Shown: piece after piece, positions 1-11,256 of the stretch
Layout: each line of letters opens with the position of its first letter
Position numbering within the stretch: the first letter of the stretch is position 1
Origin: Eledone cirrhosa
Lineage: Eukaryota
DNA: 64,000 nucleotides
Direction of reading: 5' to 3'
NCBI GenBank assembly: GCA_964016885.1
Contig: OZ024746.1
Location: 93,682,001 to 93,746,000 of the forward strand
The notes under the pieces: generated by a model
Database searches by the model: none
What the model saw: only the letters and a program-made list of their open reading frames with translations
What the model was told of the DNA's origin: nothing
Position numbers and translations under genes: made by a program

Positions 1-33
1 ATTATAACAATATGACCCTCCCCAAATATAACA

Positions 34-88
<55 letters not shown>

Positions 89-101
89 TATATATATATA
101 T

Positions 102-441
102 GGAGGCACATGGCTTAGTGGTTAGAGCATTGGCCTTGCAATCGAAAGGTTGTGAGTTCAATTCTCAGACCGAGTGATGTGTTGTTTCTTTGAGCAAGAC
201 ACTTTATTTCACATTGCTCCAGTTTACTCAGCTGTAGAAATGAGATGATAGGACTGGGGTCCATATCATTCCACTGCAAAGTGGTCGTGTAGGTGCCACG
301 GCAAAAAAGCACCCAGCACTCACTGTAAATGAGGTTAGTGTTAGGAAGGGCATCCAGCTGTAGAAATCAAGCCAGCATCAGTTCCCGTCCCACCCTTGCA
401 AGCAGGGAAAAAGCGGACGTAAAATGAAATGATGATGATGA

Positions 442-445
<4 letters not shown>
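102..445 (+). mobile_element. tRNA-derived SINE, family A, full length
   Basis: Pol III A box TGGCTTAGTGG and B box GAGTTCAATTC, body 'gagcaagacactttatttcac', RTE-like tail ending (ATG)n; near-identical copies at 484, 48857 and 57244. Confidence 0.9.
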
Positions 446-483
<38 letters not shown>

Positions 484-816
484 GGAGGCACATGGCTTAG
501 TGGTTAGAGCATTGGCCTTGCAATCGAAAGGTTGTGAGTTCAATTGTCAGACCGGGTGATGTGTTGATTCCTTGAGCAAGACACTTTATTTCACATTGCT
601 CCAGTTCACTCAGCTGTAGAAATGAGATGATAGGGACTGGAGGTCCCTATCATGCCACTGCAAAGTGGTCGTGTGGGAGCCACGGCAAAAAAGCACCCAG
701 CTTTTTGTAAAGTGGACGTATAGGCGCCATGGGAAAAAAGCACCCACCACTCTCTGTAAATGAGGTTGATGTTAGGAAGGGCATCCAGCTGTAGAAATCA
801 ATCCAGAATCAGTTCC
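484..816 (+). mobile_element. SINE family A, tandem second copy with duplicated internal module and truncated tail
   Basis: Aligns by eye to 102-445; internal module 'aaagcaccc...gtaaa' occurs twice. Confidence 0.85.
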
Positions 817-974
817 ATCACCATCCGGCTCTGGTCATATCTGTCTGTATGCCTGGCTGTCTGCATTACGACATTCTGACGAACATTGATGACGTATATA
901 TGCATATATACAAACACACACACACCGACCACAACTAAATATGGAATGATACGCGATGGGGCCCCTCCTCCCCC

Positions 975-1150
975 AGCCCCGGTGATCAGAATAGAGAAGG
1001 CGTTTCCCCCGGAGGACAGCAAGGGAGACGCGCTGGAAAAGCCACTCCAACTCGCGGGGGCTCACACCTGCAGCTGGCCAGCTCAGCGCCTATGGTGATG
1101 AGTAGGGAGGTAGCCCTAGGGCCAAGGACACCAAAGGTCTCCACTGCCAG
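975..1150 (-). mobile_element. CRE-like non-LTR retrotransposon C-terminal fragment
   Basis: Minus-strand peptides 'PRELEWLFQRVSLAVL' and 'GNAFSIL' match the QR.SLA...GNA end motif of RLE-type CRE-like elements; homologues at 20330, 37915, 57830. Confidence 0.75.
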
Positions 1151-1164
1151 GATACAAAACATTT

Positions 1165-1385
1165 AACTTTTTCTGGAACCGTTCCTTCAGCAATTGTTGA
1201 TTCATCTACCAACTTTTCTAATGAAGCGAAAACAAAGGCTCAAGTATGTTGCTTTAATAACTTGAACACCCAACGATCACAAAGATTTAAACTGCGACAA
1301 TAGGGTGATTGTTTGATCATTGCCACTCTTCTCCTCTGGTAAAAAATCTTTTGTGGATTTAGCAGTTTGATGTGTGTATCATAAA
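1165..1385 (-). mobile_element. Degraded mariner-type transposase fragment
   Basis: Frameshifted 'HQTAKSTKDFL..' and 'QSPYCRSLNLCDRWVFKLLKQH' resemble the mariner PYSPDLAPCDFWLF motif. Confidence 0.55.
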
Positions 1386-1539
1386 CTCATAAGAATGACA
1401 GCAAAATAATTATGCATAGGCCTGTGACAAAATACAGCATTGATACAGAATATCACATGTGTACAACAAGTTCAAATTCCAACTAATATTAATTACATTT
1501 ACTGCTATATATGGCACACAGCCTACTATTGTACACCAA

Positions 1540-1598
<59 letters not shown>

Positions 1599-1897
1599 TA
1601 CACACACACATATATACATATGCATACACACAAACATACATATCATTTTACAGACCAACTCTGTACTTAATACATATAAAATTCCGGTGGCCAGGTGTTA
1701 CATAAACATACCTATTGATATTTCAGTGGATGTAGAAAGGAGTCCCCACTCCTCTCCTCTTCCTTCCAGTAGTTTTACCTGTACTGTCATAAATGGATGT
1801 CTCTATTTTCACAGTTTGCTGCTGTTTTTCAGCACAGAAAATTTTGAGCAAGAATACTTTTCAGGAATATCGAAACAGGAAAGATTTGATGTATTCC

Positions 1898-2895
1898 TCA
1901 CCACCATTACCACTACCACTACCACCACCACTACCACCACCACCACCACCACTACCACCACCACCACCACCACTACCACCACTACCACCAACACCGCCAA
2001 CACCAACACTACCACTAACATCACCATCAACACTAACATCACCATTATCACTACCACCACTACCACCAACAAAACCACCACCACTACCACCACCGCCACC
2101 ACCACCTCCAACACCACCACCACCATTACCATTACCACCAACATCCCCACCATTACCACTGCCACCAAAACCAACATCACCACCAACACCACCACCAACA
2201 ACAACAACACCACCAACATCACCACCACTATCATTACCACTACCACCAACACCACCACCACCAACACTACCACCACCAACACTACCAACAACACCACCAC
2301 CACCACCACCAACATCACCACTATTACCACTACAACCACCACCAACAACACCACCACCATTAACACTACCATAACCACCACCACCACCATCATCACCAAC
2401 ACTACCACAACCTCCACCACCACCACCAACAACACCACCATCACCACCACCAACACTACCACCATCACCACCACCAACACTACCACCATCACCACCACCA
2501 ACACTACCACCATCACCATCACCAACAACAACACCACCACCAACAACACCACCATCACCACCATTAACACCACCACCACTACCAACAACACCACCATCAC
2601 CACCAACAACACCACCATCACCACCACCAACACTACCACAACCACCACCACCATCATCACCAACACTACCACAACCTCCACCACCACCACCAACAACACC
2701 ACCATCACCACCACCAACACTACCACCATCACCACCATTAACACCACCATCACCACCAACAACACCACCATCACCACCACCAACACTACCACAACCACCA
2801 CCACCATCATCACCAACACTACCACGACCTCCACCACCACCACCACCATCACCACCATTAACACTACCACCACCACCAACACTACCACCACCACC

Positions 2896-2926
<31 letters not shown>

Positions 2927-2945
2927 GCAACATATCCACCACCAT
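1898..2945. repeat. (CAC/CAA/CAT)n low-complexity trinucleotide tract
   Basis: Directly visible. Confidence 0.95.
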
Positions 2946-3274
2946 TTGTGATAGTTAAGACATTGTCTAACCAGCTGTTTCACACAGAGACGCATGCGAT
3001 TTGAATCAATTTCTGTACTGACATTACATGTCAGTACTTCTCTGTTATATATTCTGTTATATGTGTATATATATATATAAGTATGTACACGTACATACAT
3101 ATATGTATACAGATGTACAGTAGTATGTATATATATATATACATACATGCACACATATGTACGTATGGATTCACCGAACATTTATTATAATTCTTGGTGT
3201 GTTTGTAAACAAACATCCCGAATTAAGCCGTACAGTGTCTAGCAATCATCGTTGCCCTTTTGTTCAACACTGAC

Positions 3275-3330
3275 AAAGTAACGATGTACTAGTTTCAAGC
3301 TTATTAGCTATCGTCAGCAACGTATACTTT
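3275..3330 (-). ncRNA. Minimal type I hammerhead ribozyme motif
   Basis: Minus strand: AAAGUA-U-ACGUUG CUGACGA U-AGCU-AAUA-AGCU-U GAAA CUAG UA CAUCGU-UACUUU; intact core, palindromic stem III (ACUAGU), GUA site, extended stem I. Confidence 0.7.
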
Positions 3331-3462
3331 CCTGCCAGATGGTTGAACGTCTGAAAGTATATACTTTCCTTATGCATATTAATGGCTCAGTAGCCTAATT
3401 TGCATATCGAGTGGGTTAATCGGCCGGGGTACTGAAAACGATAAACGGAAAAAATGAGACGA

Positions 3463-3912
3463 AATTAGCAGTGGAGGAGGGTGTTCCAAAAGCACAGTAG
3501 CCAGAGTGAGACAGATTTGAAAAAAGTTCAGGGAGCTACTGCTTCTAACTACAAAAGGTTTTTTCTTTAAAATGAAAGGCAGATTGTATGATGCATGTAT
3601 ACAAACAGCAATGTTGCATGGTAGTGAGACCTGGGCATTGTATGTAGAGGACCTGTAAAGATTGGATAGAAATGAAGCTTCAATGCTATGATGGATGTGT
3701 AATAGTAATATACATGAATGGCAAAGTGTAAATGAACTGAGAGAGAAACTAGGCATAAGAGGGCTCAGATGCAGTGTGCAACAGAGAAGACATGTGGTGT
3801 GTATGAAGGATGGTAGCTGTATAAAAATGTGCAGAGTGCTCAAGGTTGATGTAAGCTATGGAGTAGGAAGATCTAGGAAGACTTGAGATGAGGTAATACA
3901 AGCTGACCTTGT
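3463..3912 (+). mobile_element. RTE-clade LINE ORF 3' fragment (degraded)
   Basis: 'KKFRELL...KGRLYDAC...MLHGSETWAL...RNEASML...ELREKLGIRG...GRSRKT' with stops and frameshifts. Confidence 0.9.
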
Positions 3913-3919
3913 ACAATTT

Positions 3920-5035
3920 GATGTCTATTTTTCTACACTAACATGGGTTAGATGGGATGTTCTGTTGTGAAGTAGACCAGGTCAGGTGACCATGTCTTCC
4001 TCATACAGAACTGATTTTGGCTTGGTTTCTACAGCTGGATGCCCTTCCTAATACCAACCACATTTAAAGTGAGTACTGGGCGCCTTTTGTTGTAACACCT
4101 ACACGACCACTTAACAGTGTTGGTGGCGAGCTTTTTTTCATGTCCCCTACACGACCACTATACAGGGAGGGCTGGATGCTTTTTGTCATGTCACCTAAAT
4201 GACCACTACAGGGAGGGCTGGATGCTTTTTGTCATGTCACCTACATAACCACTTTACAATGTGGGCTGGATACTTTTTTATCATGTCGCCATTACGACCA
4301 CTTTCCAGTGTGCGCTGGGTGCTTTTTGTCATGTCACCTACACAACCACTTTACATTGTGGGCTGGGTGCTTTTTGTCATGTCACCTAAATGACCACTCT
4401 ACAGTGAGGGCTGGGAATTTTTTGTCATGTCACCTACATTACCACTTTACAGTGTGGGCTGAGTGCTTTTTGTCATGTCACCTACATGACCACTTTACAG
4501 TGTGGGCTGGGTGCTTTTTGTCATATCACCTACACGACCACTTTACAGTGTGGGCTGGAGGCTTTTTGTCATATCACCTACACGACCACTTTACAGTGTG
4601 GACTGGGAATTTTTTGTCATGTCACCTACATGACCACTTTACAGTGTGGGCTGGGCACCTTTTGTCATGTCACCTACATGACCACTTTACAGTGTGAACT
4701 GGGCACCTTTTGTCATGTCACCTACATGACCACTTTACAGTGTGAACTGGGCACCTTTTGTCATGTCACCTACATGACCACTTTACAGTGTGAACTGGGC
4801 ACCTTTTGTCATGTCACCTACACGACCACTTTACAGTGTGAACTGGGCACCTTTTGTCATGTCACCTACATGACCACTTTACAGTGTGAACTGGGCACCT
4901 TTTGTCATGTCACCTACATGACCACTTTACAGTGTGGGCTGGGTGCTTTTTATCATGTCACCACCATGACAACTTTACTGTGTAGGCTGGGCGCTTTTCA
5001 TCATGTCACCTACACGACCACTTTACAGTGTGTAT
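3920..5035 (-). repeat. SINE A-type 3' tail plus ~20 x 48-bp minisatellite (4057-5035)
   Basis: Unit accactttacagtgtgggctgggtgctttttgtcatgtcacctacacg; 16-aa periodicity in the ORF track. Confidence 0.9.
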
Positions 5036-5158
5036 TGAATAATGTAGTGCTATCCTAAAAACAGTTTTCTTCAGATAATCACAGCAAGAATGATTTTCAG
5101 TATAGGTCTGCTCGATCCAGGCTAAATTTAGGCTAAATAATAACAACAGTCAAAAGAT

Positions 5159-5300
5159 TAACCCTTTAGCATTTAAACCGGCCGTACTCAGCCAGAATTC
5201 TCTCACTTCTTTTCTATTCAAACTGGCTGTAACTGTCCACTCATACTGACGTTAAGGTATTGTTCTCAAAATAAATAACATCAAAATCTCATAGATTCAG
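5159..5300. mobile_element. TTAA MITE family C, partial
   Basis: Starts ttaaccctttagcatt and matches the copy at 45339-45566. Confidence 0.7.
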
Positions 5301-5667
5301 TATTATGTAAGATACAAAAATTCAATAGTATATATAAACTTTTGTAAATGGTAATGGGTTAAGTTATTTCATAGGATGTAGACTTAACCTATAACCCACC
5401 ATTTTATTTTAGGTGACTTTAACACAGTCCACTTTATCACAGTACTTCAGGACAGGTCTCTCCATCCTTTCCTCCAACCAATCTTAGAAGCTCTGAAAAA
5501 CAGTCATTGGCTCTGCCCTTCTCTTCCTGGATATGAAAACCTCTGATCAAAGAATGTGCAACCAATTCTACCCTGTTGCTTTTGTTAAGGATTCTTGTTC
5601 TATATTTCAGACAGTATATTCAGGACTACATTATCTAAGGTGTTCTTTTTTAGTTTTAAAGAGAGAT

Positions 5668-5707
<40 letters not shown>

Positions 5708-5926
5708 CCATCATCATCATCCTCTTTGCTATCATCTCCACCATCACTATCATGATGATCATCATCATTATTACCATCACCACCATTATCAGCATCATCA
5801 TCACCATCATCATCATTTAACATCTGTTACATATGTTATCATCACCAGCATCATCATCATTGTCACCATCCTCATCATCGTCAACATCATCACCACCATC
5901 ATCATCAACATCACCACCATCACCAC

Positions 5927-5973
<47 letters not shown>

Positions 5974-6330
5974 CCACCATCATCGCCATCATCATCATCA
6001 TCATCACCACCATCACCACCATCATCATCATCATCATCATCATCGTCAACATCATCACCACCATAATCACCATCATCATCCTCACCACCACCATCATCAT
6101 CACCATCACCATCACCATTGTCACCATCACCATCACCATCACCATTGTCACCATCACCATCACCATCACCATCACCATTGTCACCATCATCATCATCACC
6201 ATCATCACCATCACCACCATCACCATCATCACCACCATCACCATCACCATCATCACCATCACCATCACCATTGTCACCATCATCATCACCATCATCACCA
6301 CCATCACCATCATCACCATCATCATCATCT
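5668..6330. repeat. (ATC/ACC)n microsatellite
   Basis: Directly visible. Confidence 0.95.
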
Positions 6331-6569
6331 AACATCTGTTACATCTGCTATCAGAAGTGTTAATAAATTTCTGAATGCTGTCCTTTGATCAATATTGAAC
6401 CAGTGGTGAACCAGTGGTGGAATGTTCTGTAGCAATGTTTGACATTCTCAGGATTCTAGGAGTTGAGCTGCCATTTCCATCCACAGCCCTCCTCTTCAGA
6501 CATTCAAATGTCATATCTAATGTATTCTTGGAAACTTTTCTTACTTATCGCCTCTATATGTTCCGTTTA

Positions 6570-7015
6570 TAGTTGCTGTTGTTGTTGTTATTGTGGGGCT
6601 GTTAGTGGTGGTGGTGGTGGTGGTGTTGTCATTGTGGGGGTGTTAGTGGTGGTGGTGGTGGTGTTGGTGGTGGTGTTGTTGTTGTTATTGTGGGGGTGTT
6701 AGTGGTGGTGTTGTTGTTGTTGTTGTTGTTATTGTGGGGGTGTTAGTGGTGGTGTTGTTGTTGTTGTTGTTGTTATTGTGGGGGTGTTAGTGGTGTTGTT
6801 GGTGATGTTGGTGTTGTTTTTGTTGGTGGTGGTGGTGGTGTTGTTGGTGTCATTGTGAGGATGTTAGTGGTGGTGGTGGTGGTGGTGGTGGCAGCAGTGG
6901 TGGTGTTGGTGGTGTTGTTGTCATTGTGTGGGGGGGGGTTGCTGGTGGTGGCAGTGGGGGTGGTGGCGGTGGTGGTGGCAGTGGCGGTGGTGGTGGCAGT
7001 GGCGGTGTTGGTGGT
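6570..7015. repeat. (GGT/GTT)n low-complexity tract
   Basis: Directly visible. Confidence 0.9.
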
Positions 7016-7147
7016 TAGCCATAGTTTAACCCTTACTGTGGAGACATACAATGGTTCCTGATTTAGGCACAAGACCAACAATATTTTGGAGGAGGAAAAA
7101 GTTGATTAAATTGACCCCAGTGCATTGCTGGTACAACTACTCATAAT

Positions 7148-7305
7148 AATTGTTTCTACTTTAGGCACAAGGCCAGCAATTACCCAGTCTATCACTGGTA
7201 CTTTATTTTATCGATCCTGTAAGGATGAAAGGCAAAGTCAACCTCGGCGGGATTTGAACTCAGATCGTAAAGGGACGTAACTATGCTGGAAAGCATGGCA
7301 TCCAA
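7148..7305 (-). mobile_element. SINE family B (Nin/Deu-domain-like)
   Basis: Reverse complement carries the B box GAGTTCAAATCC, 'gcctttcatcct...gataaaataaagtaccag' and tail 'ggccttgtgcctaaagtagaaacaatt'. Confidence 0.85.
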
Positions 7306-7404
7306 CTAAATGACCACTTTAAATATATATATATATATAAAAGATGTCAACATGAATGGACCTGTTATTTTTATCTAAAGACATTTTTTTCAATGCCACC
7401 CCGC

Positions 7405-7562
7405 CCGTCCCTTCAATCTATCTTATTTCTAATTCTTTCTTCTGATGAAGGATTAGCGTCTGAAACGTTAAGACACTCTTCCTGCTATTTCAAGCGTTAA
7501 CCTAATATATTCCTTTCATATACTATACCGATTGTGTTGTTATTTCTGTTTACCTTTTACAT
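7405..7562 (+). mobile_element. Penelope-like pLTR remnant with minimal hammerhead at 7438-7474
   Basis: UCUU CUGAUGA AGGA-UUAGCG-UCU GAAAC GUU AAGA; homologous copies at 33885-34050 (-) and 63060-63180 (+). Confidence 0.65.
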
Positions 7563-7578
7563 ACATATATATATATAT

Positions 7579-7846
7579 GATATATTTTCTTTAGGTCGTT
7601 TTGGAAGCCTCAACAATGCAGATGGGTAATTCTCCGGGTAACAAGATCCGGTGGTGAAGAGAGAGATGTAAGTGAATGTAGAATGAGATGTATAGTGTGT
7701 GAAGAACGTGTGACACTATACATCACACACTATACATCTCATTCTACATTCCCTTACATCTCTCTCTTCACCACCGGATCTTGTTACCCGGAGAATTACC
7801 CATCTACATTGTTGAGGCTTCCAAAACGACCTAAAGAAAATATATC
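7579..7846. repeat. Long inverted repeat, 124-bp arms with 20-nt spacer
   Basis: 7579-7702 is the reverse complement of 7723-7846 with two mismatches seen. Confidence 0.95.
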
Positions 7847-9199
7847 TTATTATTCCACAATGCTTCAAGCAAACTTCAATACTCTCATATTAATATATAT
7901 ATATATATATATGTGTGTATATATGTGTGTATATATATATAATTAAATAATAACATAATAAACAACACAATATAATTATTCCATTAGGAAAGATTTCAGG
8001 AAACTAGATGATCCTTACAGAAATGTCCAGCTCATTCATCAGATGGACGAGCTGGACATAGAGCACTCTTCTTTCCTTTACCTTTTCTACGGAAATACTT
8101 AATACATATATATATATCTATATAACTTTGATAATTTTGATAGGTTTTGGCCAGTATTGGCCCAGGCCATGTCTAAATTAATAGCACCTTACATGTATTT
8201 AGATTTTCATTGTGTATAGACCTGTTACCTGCATTTTGCAGAAGATTGGCTCAAGGTGACCTATAGGAGTTTTGGACCTGACTCTATTATCACTGTAAAT
8301 GAGGTTGGTGTTAGGAAGGGCATCCAGCTGTAGAAATCAAGCCAGAATCAGTTCCCGTCCCACCCTTGCAAGCAGGGAAAAGCGGACGTAAAAGGATGAA
8401 AAAAAAAAAAATACACTCTGCTTATGCATAGAGTGCTTGTTTTGATACCACCACCAGTAATTCACAAGCCCAAGCAAGGTGTCTGCCCACTAGTCCAGAA
8501 ATAGCCATCGAAACGGCTTGAGCTCTGCCATCGGGGTCAAACATTTTCATATATATATATATACATATATATATGTGTGTGTATATATATATTTATATAT
8601 ATATAAATATATATCATCATCATCATCATCATCACCTTTTTACGTCGATTCTTCCACGCTAGCATGGGTTAGGCGGGTTGTCCTGTTGTGGGCAGTGCTC
8701 GGTCGGCTGACCTTGTCTTGCTCATACGGGAACTGATTTAGGCTTGATTTCTACAGCTGGATGCCCTTCCTAACGTCAACCACATTTACAGTGTGTGCTG
8801 GGTGCTTTTTATCATGACTCCTACATGACTACTTTACAGTTTAGGCTTGATATATTTTGTTCACAATGTAAGGGTGGTGTTGACAGAAGTGGACAGGTAT
8901 ATATATATATATATATATATATACAGTGTTTTTGTTAAACATGCAATTCATATTAAAAATCAATAATAAAAAAAACATGTTCTATTGATTTATTGTACTT
9001 TTTTCTGCTGACTATTGTCAATGAAAATAATCAACTAAACAAACAAATAATACTATCGACATCTGAAAGTTTTTTTATGTTTATATATGTTTATACAGAA
9101 ATAAATTTACATATTGGGTTGTCAAGTAGGAAAATTGTAGAATTTTCTAGAAAAAAGACAAATGACTACAAATTTCATACTTGATGACACAAAGTATAG

Positions 9200-9235
<36 letters not shown>

Positions 9236-9359
9236 GGTGGGTAATGATAAATATTACCTAGTTACAAGTATGAAAATAGCTTGATGTAAAATAACAAGTA
9301 TAATACAGAGCATGCTTTTCCTCTTATTAACTTTCTTAACTATTTATGACTTCCACACC

Positions 9360-9765
9360 GATCAAACTGTAGTGTGGCTGTAGTGGAGTCTGTGCTGCTG
9401 TAGTGGAGTCTGTGCTGCTGTAGTGGAGTCTGTGCTGCTGTAGTGGAGTCTGTGCTGCTGTAGTGGAGTCTGTGCTGCTGTACAGGTCTGAGACTTGGAC
9501 ACTGACCTAGAAACTCACTCAGATGAGAATGCTTAGGCTGGCTTTGAACATTAATCAGTATACACTGAAGATGAAGAACTCAGAGCTGTACGGGAGCTGC
9601 TCAGAAGTCAGCTCGAAAGTAGGACAGAGGAGACTGAGATTAGGTGGACATGCTCACCGACATCCAGAGTTGACACTGCACTGAGTGCTCCTGTGGGAGC
9701 CCCTGCATGGGCAGACTGGAAGAGGAAGAGCAAGGTTAACGTTTGTTGATGCCCTGAGGACAGCA
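9360..9765 (+). mobile_element. RTE-type LINE C-terminal fragment (second family) with internal 20-bp tandem repeat
   Basis: 'AVVESVLLYRSETWTLT..RMLRLALNI' and 'RRLRLGGHAHRHPEL..LLWEPLHG..GRGRARLTFVDAL'. Confidence 0.8.
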
Positions 9766-10022
9766 TGATTTATCTGCTCCTATATTTCATATGTTTCTTC
9801 CGCCTCAGTTACCTTATATAAATGTTGATGCTTGCGCTTATCTAGCCTCCTATCTAACTGCAGTTTTGCGTATTGAATTGCAGCATTCCTGCACTATAGA
9901 AGTGCACCATTGCTGTGAGGTTATAAGACTTATCAAGAGACCCCTCAATTTAGTGGACTGTTTCTTGACCTGACCATTACAAGTGAATAGTTCTTGGGGT
10001 CACCCTGTATGTATGTATATAT

Positions 10023-10057
<35 letters not shown>

Positions 10058-10213
10058 TTTACGTCCGTTTTTCCCTGCTTGCAAGGGTGGGATGGGTCCT
10101 ATTCAGCACAGCATCTCTCCAAGTGTCACGGTCCTTCGTCATCTCCTCTGTGAGCTTCAGCGATCTGAGGTCTGCTTTCACCACCTCCGCCCATATATCT
10201 AATGGCTGACTAC

Positions 10214-10451
10214 AATAAATGTAATCTGAGTTTTTCGAATATTAATAATAATATTCGATTCGTTTGCAATTATGCAAACAGCCTCTGTAATACCCAGAAA
10301 CATTAATGTCTGCAGTTCTGTTTGCATGCCAACACAAGAGCAAGATGAGAGGCTTATTCTACTGACATGTCTTTAAAAAGAGGCTGTTTGCATAATTGCA
10401 AACAAATCAAATATAATTATTAATATTAAAAAAACTCGGATTACATTTATT
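10214..10451. mobile_element. Foldback/MITE-like element with ~73-bp imperfect terminal inverted repeats
   Basis: 10214-10286 pairs with 10379-10451. Confidence 0.75.
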
Positions 10452-10732
10452 ATATATATTTATATATATATATGTATATACATTTATATATATATATAAT
10501 GTGTAGGTAATACGGTAAAAAGTTCCTAGTTCCACACTGTAAATGTAGTTGGTGTTAGGAAGGGCATCCAGCCATAGAAAACCTGCCAGATAGTCCTATA
10601 TGAGCGAGACACGGTCACCCAACCAACCTTGCCTCAAGTGGGACAACTCCCGTCTTACACATGCTAGCGTGGAAGATGGACGTTAAACGAAGATGATGAT
10701 GATGATATATATATATATATACATATATATAT

Positions 10733-11020
10733 TATGGCTGCCCCATCGTTATTGAGTATGACCATTGCACGATATACCATTATTAATAATTATTAATTAA
10801 TTCTATCGTTCAATGCCTGTGCGTGAAGATATTTTTTTAAGTGTGCACTGAGCCAATCCCACTCTCTGAGCGACAGTAGCTATAACCCGAAAAGAAGAAA
10901 AGATCAACATCATCGGTAACTACTGAGCCGCAGGTTTTATATCGGAGTTATCCCAGTTTCCTGAGTTACCTTCTCCTAGAAGAATGCCCTGACAAAGGCT
11001 AGGGGTCCTTCACTCCCAGT
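10733..11020 (-). mobile_element. Short non-autonomous RTE-derived element, diverged copy
   Basis: Shares 'ccttctcctaga...gacaaaggcta' and 'tggctgcc...gagta' with 49484-49893. Confidence 0.65.
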
Positions 11021-11054
11021 GGTTTAACAGCGCGGTACATGTGTATATACATGT

Positions 11055-11256
11055 TTACACACTTTTGGATGGCCGTTGACTCTTATGAGTTCTTTCGCCC
11101 TTTGTCAGGTTTTGTTTTTTGTCCTGCAGCGTGTCCAAAATCACCCTCCTCACCAAGTAAACTTGGTGGGGTTGCCGGTTTAGTCACCGACTCGACCATG
11201 CGACAGGTTATACTGGGTTACATGTTACCAGTAACACTCAAGAGTGACCCGACGTA
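11055..11256 (+). mobile_element. 3' UTR of R4/Dong-like element
   Basis: Near-identical to 50110-50312, which follows an R4-like C-terminal coding segment. Confidence 0.75.

Noticed and set aside
102-175. tRNA gene
   Set aside because: A/B boxes continue into a SINE body repeated many times; no complete cloverleaf or terminator
1828-1890. Possible short exon after ttttcag
   Set aside because: Weak donor and no recognisable peptide
1459-2958. 499-aa Thr-rich mucin-like ORF and overlapping ORFs
   Set aside because: Open only because the (TA)n and (CAC)n repeats lack stops; the opposite strand is open too
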